Source of the DNA: a virus
Taxonomy: Duplodnaviria; Caudoviricetes
IMG/VR virus record: IMGVR_UViG_3300017914_002346
Direction: 5' to 3' (one strand)
Length of the DNA: 64,000 nt
The notes beneath the pieces are model-generated. The model worked only from the letters and a program-made list of their open reading frames with translations, was not told the origin of the DNA and made no database searches. Positions 20,601 to 29,208 of this stretch are shown piece after piece (position 1 is the stretch's first letter; every line of letters starts with the position of its first letter). The position numbers were made by a program, and so were the translations under genes.

Positions 20601-22189
20601 GCAGATGCGTCAGAATCTAATCTTGTTAAGATGTCTTGAATTCTTAAAGTTTCACTATCTAGATCTCTACGTAATGCAGCAGTTGCAGCAACATCTGAAT
20701 CCATAGAAGACTGGTTTTCATTTATTATTGCAACAATTTGATCAGAATCAAAACCTTGAGCAGCACCGGAATCTGAATCAACATCGGCTCTAAGTGCTCT
20801 TATTTCAGCAATTTCAGAATCTAGATCAGAACGTAACTTTCTAATTTCAGTTGACTCAGAATCAATAGATGCTCTTAAGGCTGAAATAGCAAGTGAATCA
20901 GAATCACTAGCAGCTAACAATGTTTGAATTCTTAAAGTTTCAGAGTCAATATTAGAGAATAGTTTATTAATATTGGAACTTTGTACACCATTAGTTTGAA
21001 CTACTTGATCTATTCTTGTTCTTAAATCTTGTATAACTATTTCATCTGAATCTAATCTTGCATTTAAAGTACTGGCATCACCTAGCTCAACTTGAACAAC
21101 TCTATTATATAAATTTTTAATATCAGAATCATGTTTTTGAATTACTACAGAATCAGAATCTACATCAGCTCTTAGAGCTCTTATTTCAATAGACTCAGAA
21201 TCTAATCTATCAAATAACACTTCAATAGATGTTTCATCAGAATCTAATTCTGCTCTTAACAATCCTATCAAATTTGCATCATATTCAGCATTAGTTTTAC
21301 TATCCTGAATAGCTAAACTGTCGCTATCAGCATCTCTTCTTAACTGAGCAATTGCAATAGCATCAGAATCAGCATTTGATTCTAGTAACTGAATCCTATC
21401 TTCATGATCTCTAATAACTGTAGATTCTGAATCTAGATCATTTCTTAAAATGCTTAATGTTTCGTAATCAGAATCAGCTAGTTTAGCTCCGACAGCTTCT
21501 ATAGCATCAATCTGTGTTTGTAAACTTTGTAATTTTTGACCATCAGAATCAACTCTAGTGTTAAGAGCATTTATAGATTTTAATGTTGATTTAACTTTAA
21601 TACTATCAGATTCATGATCATTTCTTAAAATACTTAAAGTATTATAATCTGAATCTCTAAGCGGACCTGGGTTTTCATTTATTATAGTTACTATTTGATC
21701 TGAATCAAAACCTGCAACAGGAGCGTTTTCATCTATTATAGCAACGATTTGATCTGAATCAAAACCGGTATTATCTATCTGGTTTTCTAATACCATTGAT
21801 CTTATCTGATCAGAATCAAAACCAGTATTTTCATTTTCTCTAATGATAGTAACAATCTGATCACTATCAAAACCTGTATCATCTGTTAATCTATTTTCTT
21901 CTATTATAGATACAATTTGATCTGAGTCAAAAGAATTGACACCAGTACCAGAATTTTCATTAATAATATTAACAATTTGATCGCTATCAAAACCAGCGCT
22001 GCCCAAACTCTTTCTAACAGTATCAGTTACAGAATCTGAATCATAAATTCTGTCTTTTGCATTATTCGTATTGTTTGAGATATAATTTACAATATACTCT
22101 TCAACAGAAACTTGTGGGTCACCTACTTTTAATGAAGTGATACCGCTCAGTTCTCCTGTTCGGGCATTGTATCTAAATCTTTGTGGCAT
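17615..22189 (-). CDS. Large virion protein with a long DSD coiled-coil stalk and PKD/Ig-like, Ser/Thr/Gly-rich C-terminal half, 1524 aa
   Basis: Tandem GFDSDQIV repeats, ~500 aa of coiled coil, PKD-like (Y/E)WG(E/D)G...SHTY motifs. Confidence 0.7.
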   Translation of the reverse strand: MPQRFRYNARTGELSGITSLKVGDPQVSVEEYIVNYISNNTNNAKDRIYDSDSVTDTVRKSLGSAGFDSDQIVNIINENSGTGVNSFDSDQIVSIIEENRLTDDTGFDSDQIVTIIRENENTGFDSDQIRSMVLENQIDNTGFDSDQIVAIIDENAPVAGFDSDQIVTIINENPGPLRDSDYNTLSILRNDHESDSIKVKSTLKSINALNTRVDSDGQKLQSLQTQIDAIEAVGAKLADSDYETLSILRNDLDSESTVIRDHEDRIQLLESNADSDAIAIAQLRRDADSDSLAIQDSKTNAEYDANLIGLLRAELDSDETSIEVLFDRLDSESIEIRALRADVDSDSVVIQKHDSDIKNLYNRVVQVELGDASTLNARLDSDEIVIQDLRTRIDQVVQTNGVQSSNINKLFSNIDSETLRIQTLLAASDSDSLAISALRASIDSESTEIRKLRSDLDSEIAEIRALRADVDSDSGAAQGFDSDQIVAIINENQSSMDSDVAATAALRRDLDSETLRIQDILTRLDSDASAITVLRIDVDSDGQAIQNNLQTQKFDIQTLTNRLDSDETAIQANNYITNIRLDSDETKIQDLSTRVGILEAGADSDASAIAELRRDADSDSVTIQAIRESVDSDYALFNNKIALFNGLEDSDLTTVSILRNDLDSESAQIRILRRDLDSDFANRSTGFDSDGIVNIINENVSDNTGFDSDQIVAIINENTTEGSTNAREIYLGTEAYDSEYQSPRAIVETFDSDTSVTSAIDQLNEAMHNVLNSTAVTNVSFTANQTSGGEGMNVTLTINADGNPNRYDVYWGEGETIDSDTSDSTPSHTYNDNTNTPFSVRVVARNNNGRGAGSFAESLRNDYIVLYGADPVASFAIYLQESGGSSINLGTTGVETEQTIWFENTTTNTTGQTATFEIEWGDGDSDSVSNSEDGGVDGNRISHTYTTDSGTGRHTIQLTLQTHGTANPSVIPLSTSSLIKVYDSEIAAPNGLSTKTISAPSSTGTSPRAASGFTDNVSGGTTINAGDSVTRTIGSGTISSSTISTYAHDAASGTLSAKVDGSTDGSKAFTTGNDSGTYTSLVVTEDIDANTINASGSTVSFASSIYAPNKYEVFKARVSKSSLSAGSHSYQLSHDATGDTNTVHFIHDDVTSTPSISSTGTLSESTAGTYRYISGIPYYNSGSPQLTLSGTTVSNISGQTYANISDPIEVESGSPAEGSGNAISNRDYTYSNIDGSTTFLSGGIPLADTGVSSAYAIGDLTVPITTSNVRVVDNLRIRGTNVNGSGSYTNITSHKIAVHTSSQYGISEIAVAVSDSLGAGYDDDAVRILDYVADSDNPPVNSSINHYTNNVYSESTQAADIDSEGQEAIIRMGTLKHDVTDFTSGYLPKGPDRSGLTGTQYFTFAFRRTQVSNFNLNITSSTGVAGVWIAVPGTTIDSASGLNGWLNCGAQYAGAGVPGSDTGNGGNGSDGCASTGSDVIGSGALSGAKTMTLGTISSSNATNNIILVRIGLDSGDTITGLSIT
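21671..21994 (-). repeat. Six tandem coding repeats (G/S)FDSDQI.xIxxEN, 18-21 aa period
   Basis: Read directly in the translation; synonymous sites diverged. Confidence 0.9.
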
Positions 22190-22208
22190 GCATGACCTCT
22201 AGTTTTAG

Positions 22209-22216
22209 TATTTATT
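22209..22216 (-). promoter_or_regulatory. Late promoter candidate AATAAATA
   Basis: Between the gp17 stop and the GAGG RBS of the 1524-aa gene. Confidence 0.6.
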
Positions 22217-22217
22217 G

Positions 22218-24071
22218 TTATAAATTATCAACTCTGTAAACATCATCATACCAATTAGGAAGTTCTGGCTCTCTGTCATCAACCGGAACCCACATATCAC
22301 CTGAGTTATCAAATAGCCTTTCATTCATGATATCTATTGATTGAAAACCTAGAGGCATATCATCATCTTTTTCTTCTACCGCTTCTTGGTAGATTACTTT
22401 AGATGGATCTGTCTCTGTCATTTCCTTCCAATAATCAGAACCAACACACCAACCAAATAATACCATACACATTACTAAGTCATCATTTGTGCCGGGTTCA
22501 GCTGCAAAAGCTGAATTAACATTATCATTTTTTCTAGTAAACGTAGTCATTTCTACGTATATTTCATAATCTTCTGTTAGGAGTTTATCTGTTTCAATTA
22601 ACGATTTAAAATTTGAACAACCTTTAGTCTTAACTGAAGCACTAGTTGTTACACCTAATTTAGAACCCTGTCCTTCACCTAACACAAAACCTGCTCTACC
22701 CTTACTTACAGTCTTAAGAACATTATCATATTCCATATCAGCGAATAAACTATTAACTACTTGACCACCTACATCATTAGTTTCAACTAATATATGTGCG
22801 TTATTAAAATAAGCACCAATGTTAGATAAAAACTGAGGATAGATCATAGGTGTAACAGTATTAGATCTATACTTTGCTACTACTTTATATGGCATAGTAG
22901 TTACATCAAATACTATAAAAGCAGAGTAATCTAATCTTAAACCTCTCGCACAATCAACTGTTATAAGGTATCTATGATCTGCTTTTGGTTCTTCATAAAA
23001 ATCAACTTCATCTTTCTTTCTAATAGGGTTGATAAAAGACATATTAGATAGTTTAGATGGTGAAATTAACGTAGAAGCAGATCCTATAAACTGAGTTTCG
23101 AATTCTTGTCTAAATTGATCTTCAGATGTATTAGCAATTTGTTGTTGTTTCCAGTCATCATCTCTACCTGGAACATCCCACCAGTTAATCTCAATAGGTT
23201 TAAAATTAGATCTACCTTCTTGTGCTTCCATCCACATTTTATAAAAATGATTCATACCTTTAGGAGTAGACACTACAATCATTTTTGTATCTGCGCCAGA
23301 TGAAATTGTAGGATAAACTGATCTAAAAAAGTCTTCAGCATCATGAGGCGGAACAAATGCAAACTCATCTAGAAAGATTAGAGAGAAAGACATGCCTCGA
23401 GCAGCTGACCCTGAACTTGATGTAGCAATAACTCTGCTTGCATTTTCTAAACTAATAGACCTTTTATTATATGTGTCAACACCTTGCTGTAACCAAAACG
23501 GTAAACTCTCATATGCTAATTGTAATCGTCCTAATAACTCTTGAGCAAGTTCACCTTTGTTAGCTAGAATACCTACATTCTTACCTGGGTTAAAAAGTAT
23601 ATACCAAAGAATAAAAGCAACACTAGTAGTAGATTTACCACACTGTCTTGGTAACTTGCAAATACTAAATCTATTATCTTTGAAACTATTAACCATTCCT
23701 TTTTGAAAATCATATAAGGTGAAAGGAATAGTACCAAAATCAACTGACATAATTCTTACATATGTCTCAGCAAAGTATATTGGATCTTCCATACACTTTT
23801 TATATTCTCTTAATTGTTCAGGTGTATACTCTAAGTTAGCATGTGGTGCTTTTACATTAGGATTGCCTAAGTAGTGAGGAGCATTTGTCGGATTAAGTTC
23901 AAATAATTCAGGGTGAGTTAATTCTGTAGGAGCATCTTGATAAGTTCTTTGTTCAGATAACCAACCTAGTAAGTCTTTCTTAGACTTAACTAATACATCA
24001 CCAAAGCTCTTCCAATTCTGATGTGTATTAGAATTATAATCTTTTTTTAAAACTACGTTATATTCGCTCAT
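22218..24071 (-). CDS. gp17: Terminase large subunit
   Basis: YLGNPN, Walker A PRQCGKST, Walker B LIFLDEFAFV, VSTPKG, nuclease motifs VDCARG..LDYSA and NDDLVM. Confidence 0.97.
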   Translation of the reverse strand: MSEYNVVLKKDYNSNTHQNWKSFGDVLVKSKKDLLGWLSEQRTYQDAPTELTHPELFELNPTNAPHYLGNPNVKAPHANLEYTPEQLREYKKCMEDPIYFAETYVRIMSVDFGTIPFTLYDFQKGMVNSFKDNRFSICKLPRQCGKSTTSVAFILWYILFNPGKNVGILANKGELAQELLGRLQLAYESLPFWLQQGVDTYNKRSISLENASRVIATSSSGSAARGMSFSLIFLDEFAFVPPHDAEDFFRSVYPTISSGADTKMIVVSTPKGMNHFYKMWMEAQEGRSNFKPIEINWWDVPGRDDDWKQQQIANTSEDQFRQEFETQFIGSASTLISPSKLSNMSFINPIRKKDEVDFYEEPKADHRYLITVDCARGLRLDYSAFIVFDVTTMPYKVVAKYRSNTVTPMIYPQFLSNIGAYFNNAHILVETNDVGGQVVNSLFADMEYDNVLKTVSKGRAGFVLGEGQGSKLGVTTSASVKTKGCSNFKSLIETDKLLTEDYEIYVEMTTFTRKNDNVNSAFAAEPGTNDDLVMCMVLFGWCVGSDYWKEMTETDPSKVIYQEAVEEKDDDMPLGFQSIDIMNERLFDNSGDMWVPVDDREPELPNWYDDVYRVDNL

Positions 24072-24424
24072 TCTTTACCTAATAATTCTAACAAGTCCTT
24101 AGTATTTAACTTAACATTCAAGTTATTAGTTGTAGATACTTTTTCCTTATTAGGATTATTAAGCTTCTCAGTTCTTAGCTGATGTTCCATCATCTTTTGG
24201 GCTATGTCACTTAAGGTAGCAGCAGTGTTAGTTGCTACTTCAATAGCTCTAGGGTGTTCTGACTCTTGTGCTAATTGTACTGCTGAATCTAATATATCTT
24301 GCAACCTTTCAGCAGATGCGTATAATAACTCTCTTGAGTACGTATAATCATCTTGTCTATTTTCAAGTACCTTTTTTAAATCTTTTTCAATAACAGATAC
24401 TTCTTGAGTAATAGTATCGCTCAT
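24068..24424 (-). CDS. gp16: Terminase small subunit
   Basis: DDYTYSRE.LY...LAQESEHPRAIEVA...TTNN as in marine T4-like gp16; overlaps the gp17 start; ATG at 24424 with GGAGG RBS. Confidence 0.8.
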   Translation of the reverse strand: MSDTITQEVSVIEKDLKKVLENRQDDYTYSRELLYASAERLQDILDSAVQLAQESEHPRAIEVATNTAATLSDIAQKMMEHQLRTEKLNNPNKEKVSTTNNLNVKLNTKDLLELLGKE

Positions 24425-24496
24425 AAAAACCTCCAATAATAATTTATAATGTATTGTTAGAAGCCTGTTTTACGAACGAGAAGCTACTCTCTAAGT

Positions 24497-24511
24497 TATT
24501 TATATTAAATA
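24497..24511. promoter_or_regulatory. Back-to-back late promoters: TATAAATA on minus (24504-24497, toward gp16) and ATTAAATA on plus (24504-24511, toward the enzyme operon)
   Basis: Both motifs lie in the divergent intergenic gap; the plus-strand match is weaker. Confidence 0.55.
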
Positions 24512-24516
24512 TTAAT

Positions 24517-25590
24517 ATGTATATTATTGACACTTTAGATACTGAAATTACTAATAGATGTAACGCGGCATGCCCTCTTTGTCCTAGGACAGGTACCTTT
24601 AATGGTTTAGCAGAGTTTATGGATCGCTCAGGTCCGTTAGATGTAGATCCTAAAATATTTGATAAAATATTTACCTCAGAGAAAGGTAAAAATATTAAGA
24701 GAGTTACTTATTGTGGTAACTATGGCGACCCTTGTGTGCATCCACAAGCAATGGAAATATTTAAAAAATGTGAGTCGTATGGTGTTACTTTACAAAAAAT
24801 AGATAGCAACGCTAGTATGAGAAACCCATCTTGGTGGGCAGAGCTTGGTAGTATAAAAGGTATGGAAGTAAATTTTGCTATTGATGGATTAGAAGATACT
24901 AACCATCTATATAGAGTAAACACTAAGTGGGATAAGATAATGGCTAACGCAGAAGCATTTATAAAAGCTGGAGGTATAGCCCACTGGGTCTTTATTGTGT
25001 TTAAACATAATGAACATCAAGTTGAACAAGCTAGAGAACTTTCTAGAAAAATGGGATTTAAAAGATTTGCATCAAAAGAAACAGTTAGACAATACTTACC
25101 AGATGTACCTTTAGAAAATCAAGGTCATTATGACTTAGCAGGTAACCTTTATAAGAAAAGTAGTAAACACGAAGAAAAAAGAACTATATATTCTTTACCA
25201 GAAAGTAAAAGATATCAACCTGAAATGTTAAGATACGGTTATAAAGAATCACCTATTGTATGTAGATCAGAAGATAAGAAGCAAATGTTCTTAACTAGTG
25301 ATGAAAGGATTATTCCATGCTGTCATGTACAAGAGTTTTTTACTATTAAAGATTATCACCCTGAAAGAATAAATCAAGAACCTAAATATCAAGGATATGA
25401 AATAGATGTTTTTTATAAACAATTTGGTGTCCTTTCTGATTTAAACAAAAATACATTTGATGAAATAGTAGATAGTTATATGGAAGCTTACCCTTATCTA
25501 GAGTATATGTGGCAAGAAAGAAAAATGGCTAGATGTAATAAAAAATGTGGAAGTAATTTTAGAAATGGTTCACGATATCAAGAAAATTAA
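24517..25590 (+). CDS. Radical SAM protein with C-terminal SPASM/twitch-like cysteines
   Basis: CNAACPLC; CGNYGDP; IDGLEDTNHLYR; IVC...IIPCCH...CNKKCG. ATG at 24517 preferred over TTG at 24454. Confidence 0.88.
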   Translation: MYIIDTLDTEITNRCNAACPLCPRTGTFNGLAEFMDRSGPLDVDPKIFDKIFTSEKGKNIKRVTYCGNYGDPCVHPQAMEIFKKCESYGVTLQKIDSNASMRNPSWWAELGSIKGMEVNFAIDGLEDTNHLYRVNTKWDKIMANAEAFIKAGGIAHWVFIVFKHNEHQVEQARELSRKMGFKRFASKETVRQYLPDVPLENQGHYDLAGNLYKKSSKHEEKRTIYSLPESKRYQPEMLRYGYKESPIVCRSEDKKQMFLTSDERIIPCCHVQEFFTIKDYHPERINQEPKYQGYEIDVFYKQFGVLSDLNKNTFDEIVDSYMEAYPYLEYMWQERKMARCNKKCGSNFRNGSRYQEN

Positions 25591-26017
25591 AACTGAGTTA
25601 GACACTTTACCTGAATATGATAATCAGATATACTTGCAAGGTTTTTATGCAGGTCAGAATCCAACAGAACTGACTCAAGGACAAACTTATAAGTATGTTG
25701 ATGAAAATGAGTTATCTTGTTCTGTACCTCTTTTTAATTTGCCAGTTATTAATTCAATTATAGATCACTACAACTTAGTTCGAACTAGAGTCATGAAGAT
25801 GAAACCAAAGACCTGCTACTATTGGCATAAAGATGTAACAAAGAGATTGCATATACCTGTAGTGACTCATGAACATTGTTTTCTAATTGTAGATGGTGAA
25901 CAGATACATTTACCAGCAACTGGTGATGATTATATTATTGATACTACCAAAATGCATACAGCTATGAATTGTTCTAAGATAGATAGAATTCATATTGTAG
26001 GAGCCTTTCGTGTATGA
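25565..26017 (+). CDS. Aspartyl/asparaginyl beta-hydroxylase-like 2OG-Fe(II) cupin oxygenase
   Basis: RTRVMKMKP..CYYWHKD...RLHIPVVT...DTTKMHTAMN...RIHIV (HxD...H triad). Confidence 0.72.
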   Translation: MVHDIKKIKTELDTLPEYDNQIYLQGFYAGQNPTELTQGQTYKYVDENELSCSVPLFNLPVINSIIDHYNLVRTRVMKMKPKTCYYWHKDVTKRLHIPVVTHEHCFLIVDGEQIHLPATGDDYIIDTTKMHTAMNCSKIDRIHIVGAFRV

Positions 26018-27188
26018 TATTTTATTACTATCATTACCTGAAATGGATAAAGATAAACCGTCTCCAGGTCCTGCATATCTAAAAGGTTTTTTACAACCAG
26101 AGTTTAAAGTAAAAGTTATTGACGGTAATCAGATAGGTGATATAGATCATATATTACTTACTGTTGAGCAATACCAATTTAAGTGGTTAGGTATATCTGT
26201 ATTCTCATATGAACAAGTAAATATTGCTTTAGAGATAGGATCAAATTTTAATAAAGTAGTTTACGGTGGTTCTGGAGTACATAAAGATTGGCCTACGGAT
26301 TATTTCATAGTTGGTGAAGGTGAGTATGCTCTAAGAGAATTTTTACGAGGTAACGAATATAAAAATTTTAAGCAAATTGAAGATCTTAATATGCTTCCTA
26401 TTCCAGATTATACTGATCAACTACATCCTAATATTAACGAATTAGTAATGACAGGTTCTAGAGGGTGTGTGCGTAATTGTTCTTTTTGTGATGTAGCTAG
26501 CATCTGGTCAAAGTATAGATGGGTTGATGGGAAAAAGCTTGCAGATAATATGCATGCTGTTTGTGAGCAAACTGGTATCTATAAGATATCATTTTCAGAT
26601 AGCTTAGTAAACGGATCTATGAAACACTTTCGCGAATTGGTAAAGGAGTTATCTTCTAGACCAAAAAAGATACGCTGGAATGGACAATTTATAGCTCGTA
26701 AACAAAATAGTTTTTCACAAGAAGATTTTGATAACTTACTTAATTCAGGTTGTACAGGTTTAACTATTGGAATTGAATCTGGATCTGAATCAGTTAGAAA
26801 TCATATGGGTAAAAAATTTGATAATAACGATTTAGATTATTTTATAACTAATCTAGGTGAACGTGGAATTAAAATGAAGTTTTTATTGATAGCTGGTTAT
26901 CCGACAGAAACAGAAAGCGACTTTAAAGAAACTATAGAGATGCTACATCGATATAAAAAATATTCTGCTAAGGTAGAAATATCACCTCATATGATGTTAG
27001 TTGATAAAAACACACCGTTGGATTATCACCATAGAGATCTATTTGATATATTTGGATTTGAATGGAAAAATGAAAACTCTGATTACAAAGAACGATATAA
27101 AAGATTTTTAGAAATATTTAAAGTAGGACAAGAACTTGGTTATGGATTTAAACAACATGCACTTGATAAGATAGAGAAGTTTGCATGA
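26010..27188 (+). CDS. Cobalamin-binding (class B) radical SAM protein, probable methyltransferase
   Basis: N-terminal B12-type fold (P.PGPAYLKG..., VVYGG, GEGE), GSRGCVRNCSFC, GIESGSESVRNHMGK, AGYPTET. Confidence 0.85.
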   Translation: MYDILLLSLPEMDKDKPSPGPAYLKGFLQPEFKVKVIDGNQIGDIDHILLTVEQYQFKWLGISVFSYEQVNIALEIGSNFNKVVYGGSGVHKDWPTDYFIVGEGEYALREFLRGNEYKNFKQIEDLNMLPIPDYTDQLHPNINELVMTGSRGCVRNCSFCDVASIWSKYRWVDGKKLADNMHAVCEQTGIYKISFSDSLVNGSMKHFRELVKELSSRPKKIRWNGQFIARKQNSFSQEDFDNLLNSGCTGLTIGIESGSESVRNHMGKKFDNNDLDYFITNLGERGIKMKFLLIAGYPTETESDFKETIEMLHRYKKYSAKVEISPHMMLVDKNTPLDYHHRDLFDIFGFEWKNENSDYKERYKRFLEIFKVGQELGYGFKQHALDKIEKFA

Positions 27189-28498
27189 TTATAGGATACT
27201 CTAACGGCTTTCATGATGCGGGCATGTCTGTTATTTCCTATAGTGGAGATATAGTATATGCAGGTCATGCAGAAAGATACTCAAGAGTAAAAGGTGATAA
27301 AAACCATTGTGGACGTATGCCTGTTTATAATGGTACAACTGTTTTCTATGAAGACCCTAAACTTAAAAATGAGAGATTAATATTTGCAGGACAAGAAAAA
27401 ATATATAGACCTGAATATGATCATTATTGTGAACATCATTGGTCACATGCTGCGGCTAGTTACTATACAAGACCATACGAAGAAGAGCCTGTATGTGTTG
27501 TTATAGACGCAATAGGAGAATGGGATACTTGCTCTATATGGTATAAGAAAAAGAAAGTATGGTCTCAAGAGTATCCTTACTCATTAGGTTTATTTTATTC
27601 TGCTATTACTCAACGCTGTGGTCTAAAACCAATGGAAGATGAGTATATTACAATGGGAATGGCAGCTTATGGTAAACCTATTTTTAATTTGGAATACTTA
27701 TTAGAAATGAACTTACATAAAGGTTGTGGTAATATAATACCTAATGCAAAGCGTAGCGATTTAGCAGCATCAGCACAACATTTATTAGAAACTAAAATTA
27801 TTGAGATAATGAATAAAGCTAAAGAGTACTCTAATTTTTTGTGCTATGGGGGTGGTGTAGCTCTTAATTGTGTAGCTAATTCTAAAATATATGACATGTT
27901 TAATAAAGTGTGGATATTTCCTAATCCTGGTGATGCTGGCTCTTCTTTAGGAGCTGCTGCTTCATATTTAGATAAAAAGGTTAAGTGGAAAGATTGTTTC
28001 TTAGGTAATGATATTAATCAAGAACTTGATATTAAAGGTATTGTACAAGAACTACTTAAGAACAAAGTTGCAGGTGTTGCTAATGGTAAGGCTGAGTTTG
28101 GTCCAAGAGCTTTGGGTAATCGTAGTTTGTTAGGTGATCCTAGATATAACATAAAAGACAAAATAAATGATATAAAGCAAAGACAAAGATATAGACCATT
28201 CTCTCCTGCTGTGTTATCGGAGTATGCTTCTGAGTTCTTCGATGGTCCTATGAATGAATATATGCAATATGTAGCAGTAGCTAAACATGATTACAACTCT
28301 GTAATACATGTTGACGGTACATCTAGAGTGCAAAAAGTGTATAAGGGTAACCTTAGAAAGATACTAGAAGAGTGGTATGAACAAACTGGCTGTCCTATGT
28401 TATTAAACACTTCATTAAACATTAAAGGTCAACCTATAGTAAACAGCTGGCATGACGCAGAAGATTTTATGAAAAAGTATAAAGTAAAATGTTTTTAG
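27185..28498 (+). CDS. O-carbamoyltransferase (NodU/CmcH/TobZ family)
   Basis: GFHDAG, EHHWSHAA, GGGVALNCVAN, PGDAGSSLGAA, EFGPRALGNRS, HVDGTSRVQ, LLNTSLN. Confidence 0.93.
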   Translation: MIIGYSNGFHDAGMSVISYSGDIVYAGHAERYSRVKGDKNHCGRMPVYNGTTVFYEDPKLKNERLIFAGQEKIYRPEYDHYCEHHWSHAAASYYTRPYEEEPVCVVIDAIGEWDTCSIWYKKKKVWSQEYPYSLGLFYSAITQRCGLKPMEDEYITMGMAAYGKPIFNLEYLLEMNLHKGCGNIIPNAKRSDLAASAQHLLETKIIEIMNKAKEYSNFLCYGGGVALNCVANSKIYDMFNKVWIFPNPGDAGSSLGAAASYLDKKVKWKDCFLGNDINQELDIKGIVQELLKNKVAGVANGKAEFGPRALGNRSLLGDPRYNIKDKINDIKQRQRYRPFSPAVLSEYASEFFDGPMNEYMQYVAVAKHDYNSVIHVDGTSRVQKVYKGNLRKILEEWYEQTGCPMLLNTSLNIKGQPIVNSWHDAEDFMKKYKVKCF

Positions 28499-29208
28499 TT
28501 AGTGGTTGTTCTTTTACATCAGATAAACAATATGTAGATGGCTCAGGTAAAAACTGGGCTAAACAACTATCTGAAATGTTAAATGAAGATTATGAAAATG
28601 TTGCTCTAGGTGGTTATTGCAATAATAATATTTTTAATTCTGTATATGACAAATTAGTATTAAGTAATAATAATTTCTCAAAAGTGATAGTAATGTGGAC
28701 AGGGTTTGAGAGACTTAAAATATTTCAACAATCAGTAGATCCTATTGCTTGGGAAAGAAACTATAAGTTGTTTGGACACCCTCATAACCCTAACAATACA
28801 GTTAATCCTCCTACAGGGTTAAAAACGAACAAACTTAAACATGCAATTAATTATTACAATTTTGAAAAGGTGATAGATGATAACTTAAGATACCAATACA
28901 TCTTACAACAAGAATGTTTTTTAAGAGGTATAGATTTATATTATTGTCAGGGAGTAAAAGAGATATCTAATTTGAGACAAATTAGTCATTTATTTGATTC
29001 TGATACAATAACAAAACATGATAATTTTTATAAACATATTAAAGAATCTAAATTTTATAAACTAATAGATAGAAAAAATACGTTAGAGAAAAATTATAGA
29101 ATGAGATATGGAAATACACCAAAACTAATTATACCTAAAGATAATCATCCCTCAGAATATGGACATAGTTTAGTAGCTAATGATCTGTTTAATATTATTC
29201 GTAAATAA
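28489..29208 (+). CDS. SGNH/GDSL-like hydrolase or acyltransferase
   Basis: N-terminal VSGCSFT and C-terminal DNHPSEYGH motifs. Confidence 0.65.
   Translation: MFLVSGCSFTSDKQYVDGSGKNWAKQLSEMLNEDYENVALGGYCNNNIFNSVYDKLVLSNNNFSKVIVMWTGFERLKIFQQSVDPIAWERNYKLFGHPHNPNNTVNPPTGLKTNKLKHAINYYNFEKVIDDNLRYQYILQQECFLRGIDLYYCQGVKEISNLRQISHLFDSDTITKHDNFYKHIKESKFYKLIDRKNTLEKNYRMRYGNTPKLIIPKDNHPSEYGHSLVANDLFNIIRK

Noticed and set aside
22218-24071. Intein or intron in the terminase
   Set aside because: ATPase and nuclease motifs are contiguous; the extra length is N-terminal.
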